Origin: the human T2T-CHM13v2.0 reference genome, Homo sapiens
Assembly (NCBI RefSeq): GCF_009914755.1
Contig: NC_060944.1
Reading direction: 5' to 3' (one strand)
DNA length: 64,000 nt
Shown here one piece after another: positions 30,096 through 43,569 of the stretch. The notes below the pieces were generated by a model that was not told the origin of the DNA, did no database searches, and saw only the letters and a list, made by a program, of their open reading frames with translations. Positions within the stretch are counted from its first letter, which is position 1; every line of letters starts with the position of its first letter. The translations under genes and the position numbers were made by a program.

Positions 30096-31065
30096 CAATA
30101 TGATGAGTAAGTTGTCAAATCCATTCTAGGGCTGACCCAGTCTAACCACCTCTCTATTTCAGAAGCAACCTCAAGTTCCACGAGCCTCCCCCGAAAGTAG
30201 GAACGGAAGAGAGGAAACAGAGGAACAAAAGGCTCCACTCTCCCCAGGCTCCAAGGAAAAAGGAGGGTGGAGGGCTGCAAGGTAATTTAAGAAGTTTAAC
30301 AGGGAAAAAAAGTCTTCAACATGAGTGGGGAAAAAAAAAAGATAAATTCAATGGTCCAGGCTGCCTCTCGAGACAGCTAAATTCTGTTGTGCTCATTCTG
30401 CATGCTTCAGCTTTTCTTAGACTCTGAGGAGTTTTTGCCTAAATTAGAGCCTGCAATATGCTGAAGAGAAGAAAGGGAAGGTGAAGGGAGGCAGAGAAAG
30501 GATCAGGGGCCTGTTAGGCACGCCCTAGAGGAAGCCTGGCTGTTCCATCCACTCCAACACTGAATGCCGAGACAGTGAAAGTCAAATCCCAGCACCTTTC
30601 CCCACAGCCACAGCCACAAGCTGTGGGTTGCACCCAAGTCCCACAGCCCAGCCCTCAGTGCACTCAACACTTTCCCTGCCATATCCCAACATCCCCAGCA
30701 GCAGCCACCCAGATTCTCCAGAACATCTGCTTACCTCTACCCACCCTGTCCCCATCAGCTCCCACCCTCCCCAGTCAACTGAAACATTACTGGCTGCTCA
30801 GGTGACTGCTATCACCACCCGGGAACCCCAACACATATTTATTCCCAGGAATATGTGAGAGGGTGAGAGTGTGCGCATGTGCATGAATAATGCATACACT
30901 GTACTTATGCAAGGAGATATGCATGCAGAAAACGGCACCCCAGCTAGCTGACTTGGAACTGTGCAGATTCATGCACACACACACACACACACACTAATAT
31001 CACTCCCTTCGGTAAACACAGACAGACAAAGCACACAGAAATAAATCGTTACCTTCGCGCTGCTG

Positions 31066-31079
31066 CTGCCAGATGGCAG
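31066..31079 (+). promoter_or_regulatory. Candidate CTCF motif (also E-box CAGATG)
   Basis: ctgccagatggcag vs CCASYAGRKGGCRS; motif match only. Confidence 0.35.
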
Positions 31080-31554
31080 AGCCTGGCATTGCTGTGTCTG
31101 CACGTCTGTGCATTTGTGTGTAATAATAACGGTGGCTGACATGACTGAGCTCCTACCACGTGCTGGACGCTGTCCTAAGTGCTGCATCAAACCCAGAGGA
31201 GGTGTTATTATTACCCGTTTCATAGCTGGGGAAACCAAGGCACAGAGGTCAAGTCATTTGCCCCAAGGTCACCCTGCTGGTGAGGGGTAAAGTCAAGGAC
31301 TACAGAATAAGCACCCAATATGAGCAAGTCTCGTTTTATGACCCTGGGGGGTGACAGGGAGGAATCCCAAGATGACCAGCTGCCATGGGGGTCCTCAACA
31401 AGCCCACCGTCCCAGTGATGGGTCAGGTTTCAACACAATTGAAACGGACAAGAGCCAGAACTCCCCAGGAAAGAGGGGTGCCCAAGGTTCAGAAATGTTT
31501 GAAATCAAGTTCAGTGTCCAGCAAAGTCCTCACCACCAGCAACAAGTCAACCCG

Positions 31555-31820
31555 GGGGCAGAGTATGCAAACTGGCAACCCACAGGTTTGGCCCACAGTC
31601 ATGTTTGGTTTGGCCCATGAAGTGTTTGTTAAAAATGTGATTGAGTTGCCAACTTTTAAAAATCGAGTGATTTCATACCAAAAACTCCACATTTCCTGCC
31701 GTTGGAAAATGTCTTTAAGAAGTCAAGAGATCTGGCAATACCGGGCTCGAGTTCCCGCACGGGGACTGCTGCCTGGGGCTGAGAGGTGGCTGCTTGCTTG
31801 ACATGGGACATGTGCTCCAG
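31555..31820 (+). mobile_element. hAT-Charlie relic (MER102-like)
   Basis: gcaaactggcaacccacagg...tttggcccatg...ttttaaaaatcgagtgatttcat...agatctggcaataccgggctcgagttcccgcacgg. Confidence 0.55.
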
Positions 31821-31855
31821 AAGGCACAGATTGGGGTTGGGGGCCTGCCTGTGGG

Positions 31856-31982
31856 GGCTCACTTCTGTGCCTCAGTTTCTTCATCTGTAAAACAGCTTCC
31901 CCATAGGACTGGTGTCTGGCACCCAGCAAGCACTCAATAAATGTTAAATAGCACTGCTGTCTCCCCAACATCCAAGGCCCAG
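31856..31982 (+). repeat. Left arm of a 127-bp inverted duplication (partner 34585-34711)
   Basis: 123/127 identical to the reverse complement of 34585-34711 by manual alignment, no gaps. Confidence 0.95.
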
Positions 31983-32017
31983 GGCTTGAGGCATTGTTTT
32001 ATAAAAATAAGAGCTAA

Positions 32018-32318
<301 letters not shown>

Positions 32319-32639
32319 CTAGCACCCGCGCTGTCCCAGGCTCTGTTCTGAGAGCTGTACTTTATGAACTCACTCAATCGTCCCAAGAAACCTATGAGAC
32401 CATTCCTAGGTAAAAGCCCAAGAGAAATAAAAACTATCTCCATACAAAAACTTGTACACTCATGTGCATAGCAGTATTATTCATAGTAGCCAAACTGTCA
32501 AAACCCAAATGTCCATCAGCTAATGAATGGATAAACAAAATGTATATCCATATAATGGAATATGATACAGCCATAAAAAAGGAATGAAATTCTGACACAT
32601 ATTACAATGTGGAAGAAGCCAGATACAAAAAAAAAAAAA

Positions 32640-32641
<2 letters not shown>

Positions 32642-32680
<39 letters not shown>
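32642..32680 (+). repeat. (AC)n microsatellite, about 19 units
   Basis: Uninterrupted AC run following an A tract. Confidence 0.95.
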
Positions 32681-32683
<3 letters not shown>

Positions 32684-32749
32684 TATGATTCCATTTATAT
32701 CCATTTATATGAAATGTCCAAATCTGTAGAGATAGAAAGTACATTAGTG

Positions 32750-33062
32750 GGCCAGGCATGGTGGCTCATGCCTGTAATCCCAGCACTTTGAGAGGCAAGT
32801 TGGGTGGATCACTTGAGGTCAGGAGTTCGAGACCAGCCTGGCCAACATTGCGATACCCCATATCTACTAAAAATACAAAAATTAGCCTGACATGGTGGTA
32901 TGCGCCTGTAGTTCCAGCTACTTGGAAGGCTGAGGGGGGAGAATTGCTTGAACCGGAAGGCAGAGGCTACAGTGAGCTGAGATCGTGCCACTGCACTCCA
33001 TCCTGGATAACAGAGCAAGAAACTGTCTCAAAATAAATAAATAAATACATACATACATAAAT
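32750..33062 (+). mobile_element. Alu (AluS), full length
   Basis: Dimeric Alu with AAAT/ACAT tail; TSD aagtacattagtgg / aagtagactaatgg. Confidence 0.95.
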
Positions 33063-34584
33063 AAGTAGACTAATGGTTCCAGGGATTGGGGAAGTGGAAT
33101 AATGGGGAGTGACTACCAATGGGTTTGGGTTGTTTTTCAGGTGTGATTAAAACGTTCTGAAATTAGAAGATAGTGACAGTTACACAAGCTTCTGAATATA
33201 CCAAAAGCCACTGGAGTGGACACTTTGGGGAATTCCTTATGGCATGTGAATTATACTCAATTAAAAAATTAAAAAGAGAAACACCTATGAGATAGGCATT
33301 CTTGTTATTCCCATTTTACAGATGAGAAAACCAAGGTACAGAGAGATTAAGGGTAAAGAGATGTTCCTCTATATCCACATCGATGTTGAAAGTAGAGAGA
33401 CAAAGTTAGGGGGAGAGGGTTACGTGATTTTTCCTGCACTGGCTGCTTTACCGGTCACAGCCATAGGGATCTGGATTTGCAACCCTTGCTCGGGCAAATC
33501 ATTTACTCTCTCTGAGCCCGAGGCAAAGGCCAGACAGGAATGGCTTTTCTCTTAATCTTGATCCCTCTCGGGTCCCCAAGGACCCTACAAGTCTGGAGCA
33601 TTACATGGAAGCATTACTTATTCATATGTAAGGGTCAGTTCTGGCCATTAATAAATGATGATTTTAACGACTCACAGTGGTCCACTCCCAGGGAAATGGG
33701 AAGAAACCATTCTGGGTTTTCTAGGTCCAAGCCCTTCACATGGCTGGCTCAGATGTCAAAGCAAGTGGCTCAGTAGCCCATCTCCTCCCAAGTGTCTGGC
33801 CAGGAGAAGAACCCCTTACTCACCAGGCAGAATATGACCTCACCGGGCTAAAGGATCCCCTCACTCACTAGAAGCCCCCATGGGACAAGAGGACCCCTAC
33901 CCCACAGAGTGGGAGGACCCCCTTATGAACACCCCCATAATTTGGAGCAGCAGGCTCTCACTGAGCTACTGGGAGCTGCAAACGAGCCCCTCTAAACCAA
34001 GGCCCTGTCTCTGAGCACGGAAGGGACCTCAAGGTGCCCTGCACCTCATTCTCAGATGCAGGGACCAGCCTGTGAATGAAGTATCAGAAGCCAGACAGTG
34101 AGAGGGAGAAACAGAGGGAGATAGGGGCACAGAGAATGAGACTGAGACAGAAAAACAGAGAGAGGGAAGGCAAGGGGCGGACAGAGAGTCCTGAAGGAAG
34201 CTGGAGGCAAAGCTGGGAAGACAGAGCTAACCAGGACAATGAAAACAAGAGCTCTCTCTCCACTCCAGAAGGAAAGAGGCCAGGAGGCAGAGAGGAGGCC
34301 CAGCAGGAGCCTTTGCTTGGGGTCCTTCCCACACTGCAGGGCAGCACCAGTACTGCCCAGGAGCCCCCATCAGTGGGTGGTGGGGGTGGCTTCCCAGCCA
34401 GGCTGGAGCCTGCCAGGGCAGCCTCTGCAGAGGAGGAGGCCGGCTGGTCAGGCTGGGGGCTGGGCCGGGAAGTGCCAAGCACCCAGCCAGGTTGCCATGG
34501 CCACGGAGACAAAGAGAGGGGCTGAGGAGAGGCCCAGGGACAGGGTCCCTAAGAGGGGCCCCGGCTGCCTACAGTCCTCGGGGA

Positions 34585-34711
34585 CTGGGCCTTGGATGTT
34601 GGGGAGACAGCAGTGCTATTTAACATTTATTGAGTGCTTGCTGGGTACCAGACAGCAGTCCTATGGGGAAGCTGTTTTACAGATAAAGAAACTGAGGCAC
34701 AGAAGCGAGCC
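34585..34711 (-). repeat. Right arm of the 127-bp inverted duplication (partner 31856-31982)
   Basis: Same peptide MLGRQQCYLTFIECLLG appears in opposite-strand ORFs 31723..31971(-) and 34239..34751(+). Confidence 0.95.
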
Positions 34712-35204
34712 ACTGCAGTATCTCATAGGGGTTTTTGTGACTAGCCTATGAGTTGATTAAGTGAAACTCTTTAGTACAGTTCCCAATGTATTGAAACCCT
34801 CACATGTCAACTATTATTGCAAAATGTCACCAAAAGTCAGGTGACATTGTTAATGTAATTCTCTTGCGTCCTTATCCTCAGTCACTAACATGACACCTGA
34901 TGTGTCATGTATGTATTTGATGACCGGCTTACTGTCTGCCTCTTACCAGAGGGTTAGATCCATAAGGACAGGGGCTCGGGTCTGTTCCATCACCCACTAA
35001 ACACTCAGCTCAGCCCAGAACTGTACCTGGCAGAGCTGGGATGCTGGTTCTGCCACGTATTTGCTGTGTGACCCAAGACAAATGACTCAACCCCTCTGAG
35101 CCTCCATTTCCTTATCTGTGGAATGGGAATACAATGATGATGACCTTGCCCACATACAGAGAGGCTCAAAGAAGGATGCTCCTGCAGCACTGCTTAGTAC
35201 AGAC

Positions 35205-35428
35205 CAGTGACTTTCAAATGAGGGCAATTTTGCTTGCCCCAACCCCCCACCCCTGAGGACATATGGCACTGTCTGGAGATATTTTTGGTTGTCACAACTG
35301 AGGAGGAGGGTGCTTTTGGCTGGTGGGTAGAGCCAGGGACGCTCCTAAACATTCTACAATGCACAGGATAGGATAATCCCCCACAACAAAGCCCCAAATG
35401 TCACTAGAGCTGAGGCTGAGAAATCCAG
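35205..35428 (+). mobile_element. MER20
   Basis: ggacatatggcactgtctggagatatttttggttgtcacaactg...ctaaacattctacaatgcacagga...gaggctgagaaatcc. Confidence 0.9.
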
Positions 35429-35949
35429 AAGAAAAAGAAAAAGGCAGGAACCACCAAGATGCCCATCAAGAAGGGAATGAATGTATAAACTCCAGCAGAA
35501 TCGCCCTGCAAAATGGTAGGCAGAAGTCAGAAGGAAGGGCCTGAAACTGTGTAAAACAACATAAAAAGATTATCCAGACATACACATCCCATGAGCAAAG
35601 CCAGCTCAGAATGCTAGGTGATCCTACGTTTACCCTCAGGGACCCAGAATTTGAACCCAGGAGCTCAGCCCCAAGCCTACAGATTTAACCACCTGCTCCA
35701 CCAGCCTCTGCTCTGTATCTTTTACCAAAACAAATGCACGTGCTCGAAAGCATGCTATGTCACTGCTGCAGGTTCACATCGATGTGTGGCAATGACATGA
35801 ACAAACACACAGGGAAAGATCTGGAAAGCTGCACACCAGCCTATTAACAAGAGCAACTGGGGCTGGAGGCAACCAGGAACACGAAGGGGTAGGTTACCTC
35901 ATCCACAATGCATTAATTTTCTACAAGAAGAATGCATTTGTATTTGTCA

Positions 35950-36930
35950 TGTTATGAAACATTAATGAAAAATTACAAATACATACACTCTTTAACCCAG
36001 AAATTCCATTCCCAGAAATGAATAAACTTACAGGTATGAAGTGGCATGTGTCTGTCCCACCATGATTTGTAATGGCAAAAGATGGGCACAACCTCAGTGT
36101 CCATCAACAGGGGACTAATTTAATAATAATTAAAAAAAAAAAAAAAGTACCTCCATTCAACAGAATTCTATACAGCTATCATTTTTGAAATGAGGCAATT
36201 CCATGTGCTATCATGGAACAACCTCCATCATACAGGCACAAAGCAAAATGCAGAAACGTGTACTGTGGGCCCCACTTGTGTAACAAAAGGGGTACACCCA
36301 GACTATCTGAAGGGGCCTGTATGACACCGGGGCCAGTGGCTGCCTCTGGGGAGGGAACTTGGAGGCTAACATTTCATTCTATCTCACTGTATGCTTTTTA
36401 ATTTGAACCATGAAAATGATTACACATTTATATATTTATATATTTATATGTGTACATATACATATATACTGTATATATAAATATCCAGTTATATGTGTCG
36501 TACATCATATATGGTATATATAACATAGATGTGATATAAAATGTATATAAAATAGTTTTATATATGTATATGCGTAATTATATATACATATATAGTTATA
36601 TATACAGTTATATACACATATAATTATATACACATGTATAGCTGTAACATTTTAAATTAATTTAAAAGACACAAAAGATCATATACTATATAATTCCATT
36701 TTACATAAAGTTCAAAAACAGGCAAAACTAATCTTCGCAGATACAAATCAGAACAGTGGTTACTTTTGGGGATACTGACTGGGAGAAGACACCCTCTGGG
36801 GTGCTGGCAATATCTGATCTGAGTGACAGTTATTCAGATATATCTTATTATAAGCTCACCAAGCCGTTTACTTGGTGTATTGTACATTTTGCATACAAGA
36901 TATACCTAAAATAATTAAAATTTTAAAATT
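35950..36930 (+). mobile_element. Old L1M 3' fragments with an internal (TA)-rich low-complexity tract (~36420-36650)
   Basis: gtgtccatcaacaggggact; attccattttacataaagttcaaaaacaggcaaaactaatc. Confidence 0.7.
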
Positions 36931-38728
36931 TTAATGGAAGAAAAAGGACTGATCACGGTGGAAAGCATTTCTGGAAATTCTCTAAATTCTATCATCCCCC
37001 TTTACCAGAGGGAGCTCTTTGCTTGGGTCCCTGAGAGGTGGCCAAGCTAGGGTCCAGCCCCGCACCACAACTTCCCCAGAAAAAAGCCAAATGGGAATCA
37101 AGCTGGCCTTTGTGGTTGAGTCCAGCAGAGCAGGACAAAGGGCCAAATGACGGCCCCCTGCTCCCCCCAGACCCCCCCCAGGACACTGAAGCCCATTCAT
37201 GTTGGAGGCTGGCCATTTCCCCAGGGCTCCAGCCCCCTCCTCTCAGGAGCTGGGAACAATATCCCCTTTTACCACCCCTCTTGTCTCTCACTTCCGCATT
37301 TAATTGCAAGTTCATGGGTATTAAGTGGCCCATACAGCTGACCCAGCTCTCTCTCCCCTCCCATCCCCCCAAAAAAGAGGCCCACAGCGCTGTCTCTGTT
37401 CACTGCCCCTGTGTGCCCGCTCTTTCTCAATGATCTTCCCCAGAGAGAAAGAGAACGACACCCCCGTCGGTCCCCGCTTGTCACCTTCCTCAAACAACCC
37501 TGTTCTCACCCAGAAAGCACAGTCTGGCAAAGCGAGCTGCTCGTGGCCCTGGCACAGGGCGCCAGGCCTGCAATGGCAGCTCTGTCCCGACTTTCCCGGC
37601 CAGCGGCACATCCACTTTGCACCCCGCTGTAACCCCACCTGATGCCTGAGAACACTGAGGCCCAGGAGAGTCGATGACAGGCCTGCAGTCCTGACAGAGC
37701 CAGTGCTCAGACCCTCAAGATTCCTCAGCCTGGATCTGTGACTTTCCCTAAGCTGCCTTCTTGTCCCCATTCAAGGGGGTGCCCAAAGCCTTTGACTCTT
37801 AATCTCTTCTCTAGCTTTGCAATTCCAGGGACGACGCTGAGCTCATCTGTAACCTTTAAGGGTTGGGAAGAAGTCACGTAAGTCAATCTCCTGCCTTTTG
37901 CATGAACTCACTTTTGCCCTTGCCCATGGGGTTCCTACCTCTGGAATGTCCTCAAGTCTGCCGCATCTATCCTGAAAGTCTCCACCTCCTCCAGGAAGCC
38001 TTCCAGGTTGTATGGGTCAAGGTCTAGTTTCCCCTCCTCCACTGAAAAACTTTATCACCCACATTCCTCCACTACCAATTCAAGTCCAACCCAGCTCTAT
38101 CTCCATCCACCTCCTGGTCCAAGCCACCACCATCCCTCACTGGACACTGAGGCAGCTACCTAACCAATCTTGCTGCTCCTACGGTCCAGCCTCCATACCC
38201 ACACCTAAGGGTCCTTTTTAAATCATCCATCAGACCACTCTTCTGCTCTGCTTAAAGCCCTCCCCGGCAGGCTGCCACACTGGGAGGAAATCCCTGCTCC
38301 TCACCTCTTCCTGGAAGGCCCTGCATGCTCTGTCCCATTACCCTCCTCAGCCTTCCCTCCCTCCACACCAGCACCAGCCTCCCCGCTGCACTTAAACTCT
38401 GACAAGTCCTTTCCCACCTCCCAGCCCATGCGCTTGCAAACTGAAGTGTACCTGTCAATCAGCTGGGGGCCTTGTCAAAAGCAGATTCTGCTGCGGTGGA
38501 TGTGAGGTGAGCCCAAGCTCCCACGGTGATACTGCCAAGTCCCTGGAGCACACGTGGAGGAGCTTTGGCATGCAGTAGGTGCTCAACAAAATTCATCTCC
38601 TGGTGTTATATTCACCTGACTAAATTTAGAAGGAACTGTGTATCTGACCCTCCTGCTGGGATTAAATTGGAATCGCTTCAGATCTATGCAAGACCCTGAC
38701 TTAAATCTCTAAATATGAATTAAATAAC

Positions 38729-39007
38729 TTTTTTCTTTTTGAGACAGAGTCTCGCTCTGTCGCCTAGGCTCCAGTGCAATGGCGAGATCTCGGCTCACTG
38801 AAACCTCCACCTCCCGAGTTCAAGCAATTCTCCTGAATAGCTGAGATTACAGGCACGCGCCACCACCCACAGCTAATTTTTGTATTTTTAGTAGAGACGG
38901 GGTTTCACCACGTTGGCCAGACTGGTCTTGAACTCCTGATCAAGTGATCCGCCCACCTCAGCCTCCCAGAGTGCTGAAATTACAGGCATGAGCCACCCCA
39001 CCTGGCC
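38729..39007 (-). mobile_element. Alu (AluS) with small deletions
   Basis: Poly-T plus dimeric Alu in reverse orientation. Confidence 0.94.
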
Positions 39008-40127
39008 CTGAATAAATAGCATTTTAATTTAAAATATAACAGCTATCATTTCTTGAGTGCCCACACATTTTCTTTCATTTAATTCTCAAGACTCTCATAT
39101 ACACTTGGTTGAGGGTGGCAGGAGCTTGCTGCATGGAAGCCCCTCACAGTCCCCAAGTGAGATCCCCACTGCCCACCACAAGGACATGCAGACAGGCCTG
39201 GAAGAGGAAAACGTTCGAAACATCCCTCTAAGCCTGTGTCCACCCAAGCACACTGTCAGTGGCATCCTAAAACGAAGAGCAACTCCTATAAACCCTGTGG
39301 CCCTGCCCCGAGCAGCGCGGTCTATCACCCTGGAGACTGCATGTGCTAAAAGCGTTAGCTGGTTCAAACTTAAGTATTTCAAAAGCCACCCTCTGGGGCC
39401 CCAGTCTTATCCTACATGCATTTTGTTAATAATACAGCCAAAGACTGGAGGGGCCTTGGCTTCCTGTGTACCCCATGGGTAAGGGTTTTCCAGCCCCATT
39501 TTAGATAGGTGGAAAATGGGGTACAGAGAGGTTGTCCTGCAGGCAAGCGGGCCTCTGTCCCCCCACAACAGGGCAGAGGGGCCAGCTGGGTTGAAACCCA
39601 AGAAGAAAGTACCCGTGTTCTCCTGGGTGAGGGGGCAGGGGCTGCGGGCACAAGGGCCCTGCTTATCAGTGGCCACCAGTACCTCTCCCTGGCTGGGCAC
39701 CTCCACCCATCCAGATAGGATCTCACTCTAATCTGCCTCTGCGCCAGGGGCCAGCAGACCCCTGCCATAAAGGGGGCCTTGGGGGACTTTGATGTGGTAG
39801 AGGACAGAGCCAGCCTGACTTGTGGGCCAGCTGTGGCGGAGGGGAGAGCCTAAGGAGCTTCAAAACAGTCTCAGCTTCTCTCCTGTCCATGTGGGACTCT
39901 GGAGAATTTGAATAAAGCTATTTCACCAAACTTTACACTCATTTAAACTTCACTACAACCCTTAAGGTAGCTACTATAATCACCCCACGTTTTACAAGTG
40001 GAAAACTGAGGCACAGAGAGCCTAAATAGCCTGCTCAAGGTCACACCGCTGGGAAGTGGCAGGGCTAATTCAAATGCAGGCTGAGCTGACATTAAGGGCC
40101 TGGATTTATTGATAAGCCCCTTATCAG

Positions 40128-40240
40128 TAGGGCGACCAACAGCCCCAGTTTACTGAGGTCTGAGGGGTTTCCTGAGATGTGGGACTTTTAGTTTTAAAAC
40201 CAGAACAGTCCTAAGCAAACTGGGGCAGTTGGTCACTCTA
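40128..40240 (+). mobile_element. MER81-like hAT-Blackjack MITE
   Basis: Terminal inverted repeats tagggcgaccaac / gttggtcactcta; 113 bp. Confidence 0.75.
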
Positions 40241-40650
40241 TTTACCACTTGACTTATCAGTGAGAATAAAGATAATAATAGTAACAGCGACAGCAGCCAA
40301 CAATCCCTGGGCACTTAGGATGTGTGCCCGGCATCATGCAAACCCCAAAGCCTCACCACACAGTGGTCCTGTGAGGTGGGAGCTTTTGTTCCCTCTCTTT
40401 CCCTCCCTCATGTCACAGACGAGGAAACCAAGGACCAGGGAAGCTGCAGAACTTACCTACGAGGCGTAAAAGGGAGTACAGCCTCTCAGATGGCAAAAGC
40501 AGCCAGCTATCCATGTACTGAGCCTCTCGGGCAGGGCTAAAACAAGGCCCCAAGCACCATGGTACATACTGAACACGGGCCTTTATAATGAGACCAATGC
40601 CTTTAACATACATGACACATGACCTAACCACTCTGGATGCAAATATCTAA

Positions 40651-40824
<174 letters not shown>

Positions 40825-41409
40825 TAAAATCTGCCACTTACTAGCTGGGTAACCTTTGGAGAGTTCCTGCCTATCACCAGGATAAAATGGGGATAATAAG
40901 AATCCTTCCCTCACAGGCTGCAGTGAGTATCCCACAAGATTGTGCAGCTGAAGAGCTTAAGACATGGTCTAGCTCGTGTGAAGAACCAGCTACTAGTAGC
41001 AGTATTCGTACTGGCATTAGTGTCTATGCCATCATAGGCAGCGTGGTCTTTTGTGGAAACCATGCGAGCTGCGTAAGCACCAAGGAACATCTCCTCTTTC
41101 AGCAACTCTCCATGCCTCATGCATCGGTGACACTGAAGGTCTAATTCTGAGAAGCTGGCCAGTCGGGCTCTCCCTCTTGCTGAGAAAATGAGACCACACC
41201 AGGCCTGACAACCACACACCTGCCTGCCCTAAGTCATCTTGAAGCAAGCCCAGCCCCACCACGCAGAGACACCCAAAGAGCTTCCTAAAACCATCCTGCG
41301 ACAGAGTCCCTTCTGGTCAGAGCACCATCCTCCAGTAGGTAAGGGCCAAGGCACAGTTTCACCTCCGTGGATATAGGCTTTCTGTTGAGAAACCAGCCTG
41401 CGTCCTGCA

Positions 41410-42580
41410 TCCAGTCGCTCCTCTCCTCCCACCACCACCCTGGGCCAGGACACCCACGTCTCTCCCCGGGGCTGTTGCAGTCACCTCCTCACTGGTCTCC
41501 CCACTTATCTTTGTCCCCTGCTATGGTTTAGCTATGGCTTATTTGTCCCCACCAAAACTCATGTTGAAATCTGGTCCCCAGTGAGGCGATGTTGAGAGGC
41601 AGGGTCGCATGGGAGGTGTTTGAGTCATGGAGGCGGACCCCTCATGAGTGGGCTGGTGCCATCCTCACAGTAGTGAGCTCTCACTCTGGGGAGTCTGGAT
41701 TAGTTCCCCAAGAGTGGGTTGTTATAAAGCCAAGACGCCCCTTGGGTTTTGTCTCTTCACTCATGTCTGCTTTCTCTCTGACCTTCTCTGCCATGCCATG
41801 ATGCAGCAGGAAGGTCTTCATCAGACACCATGGCCATGCCCTTGAACTTCCCAGCCTGTGCAACTGTGAGCTAAATAAATCTCTTTTCTTTATAAATTAC
41901 CCAGCTTCAGGCGTTCTGTTATAAGCAGCAGAAAACAAACTAAGACACCCTGCACACACCCCATCCCCACCCCCGCCAAACCATCTACTTTCTTCACGGT
42001 AGCCAGGTAGCCAGAGGGGTTCTTTTAAAAGGTAAGTCATTCACTGTCACTGCCTGGCCTAATGCTCCTACAGCTTCTCTACCTCTTACAATAAAAGCCC
42101 AACCCTTTGCCATGGCCTCCAAGACCCTGCCCAATGCAGCCCCCACATGGTGCTCAGATCTCTTCTCCCACCCATTCTCCCCTCACTCACTCTACCCAGC
42201 CACACCAGCCTCCTTGATGATCCTGAAATTGGCCAAGCTCATCCCTGCCTCGGGGCCTTTGCACAGGCTACTCTTCCTGCCTTAATTCCCATGGCTGGCT
42301 TCTCAGTGTCCAGGTCCCAGCTCAAAGGCCACCTCATCAGACAGGCAGGCCTTCCCTGATCATCAGATCCAAAACAGCCCCCGACTCTAATTCATATCTC
42401 TGTGTTACTGTCTGCATAGCACTTGTCACTTACAAGATTTTTCTCATTTGTTATTTCTTCATTATTCATCTCCCCCATCCCAAACATCAGAGATATGAGA
42501 GCAGGGATTGTATCTGTTTTGATCACTGCTGTTTCCCCCATGCCTGGCACACAGTAGGACCTTAGTCAGTATCTGCTGAC
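41410..42580 (+). mobile_element. L2 LINE fragment interrupted by an MST LTR
   Basis: cacctcctcactggtctccc; gcctcggggcctttgcacaggct; ccatgcctggcacacagtagg. Confidence 0.75.
41519..41947 (+). mobile_element. MSTB2-like MaLR solo LTR
   Basis: tgctatggttt...gtccccaccaaaactcatgttgaaat...AATAAAtctcttttctttataaattacccagc...aactaagaca. Confidence 0.88.
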
Positions 42581-42777
42581 AGCATGAAGACAGCAGAAAA
42601 CAAGATTCCTGGAGCTCTAAGTATGCCTGACATGGTGTGGGAATCCCCCATTCCCTTTGCAACAAGGGCTCTGAGAGAAGCCAGGCCGTTCTGCGAGCTT
42701 GTAACAGGGGCCCTGGCCCAAGCTGGGGAGTGAGGAGCGGGCAAGCCAAGGGGGGCTTTCCTGAGAAGACGCCTTAG

Positions 42778-42950
42778 ACCCCCACCACCCAGCGTGCTCC
42801 CTGGACCAGTGGCATCAGCGTCTCATCTCCTGGGAGCTTGCTTAGAAATGCGGCATCTCAGGCCCTACTCCAGACCTGCTGATCCAAAATCTGCATTGGA
42901 ACTAGGTTTGCAGGTAGTTCAGAGGTATAGTCAGATTTGCGATATCCTGG
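42778..42950. mobile_element. MER5A
   Basis: ggaccagtggcatcagc...cctgggagcttgcttagaaatgc...ctcaggccctactccagacctgctga...aatctgcatt. Confidence 0.75.
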
Positions 42951-43569
42951 TTTAAACCCCCAGATAAGTAGGTAATAGCAGGCATGGCTGGTTCAGGGCA
43001 TCCCTGGGAACCAAAAGGCTCACGGCAGGCCCACGAGGCCAATCTCATGCAAAACATGGCTTCCCAGCAGCACAGGCCAGACCAGAAAAAGCACTGAGGC
43101 CCATCCAGGGACCCCAAGCATCCTTCCTCCCTCAGACCCAAAATAGGATCCAAGAAGCTCAGAGCCAGCATATGCGGGTGGGGGAGGGAGAACAGGGAGA
43201 TGAACCCAACAGATTTGCATGGCAGACTCCCCGAAAGCCATGCCATCTGGAGCCCCTTTGTGATAAAGGGAAGGGGAACAGAGTGAGAGCCAGGAGTATT
43301 TTCAAGGAGTGGGGTAAGGGGGCAAAAGAGGTATGTACAGGGAGAGGGAGGGCCACCTGTCACCAAGACCAGCAGCACCCCAATTCCACTTCCCAACCAC
43401 CTGCAACACACAGGGCCACACACGCCAAAAACAGCTTGTAATCCACATAGCATCACCCCTTCTGCAGCTTCCCGAGGTCTGATATCCTGGAAGTCGTGCC
43501 CTGAGTCCTGCTCTTAGTACATGTGGTTGTGGGGCAGCCGGCACCTCACCCCATCTACACTGACGAACC

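Larger units (their letters stand above)
32400..33278 (+). mobile_element. L1MB-type 3' fragment inserted in a MIR; contains (CA)n and an Alu
   Basis: cccaaatgtccatcagctaatgaatggataaacaaaatgt...gagtgactaccaatggg...gtgaattatactcaa; TSD acctatgaga. Confidence 0.85.

Noticed and set aside
40110-40126. Inverted GATA pair tgataag-ccc-cttatca
   Set aside because: A 7-bp stem is within chance expectation, with no other support.
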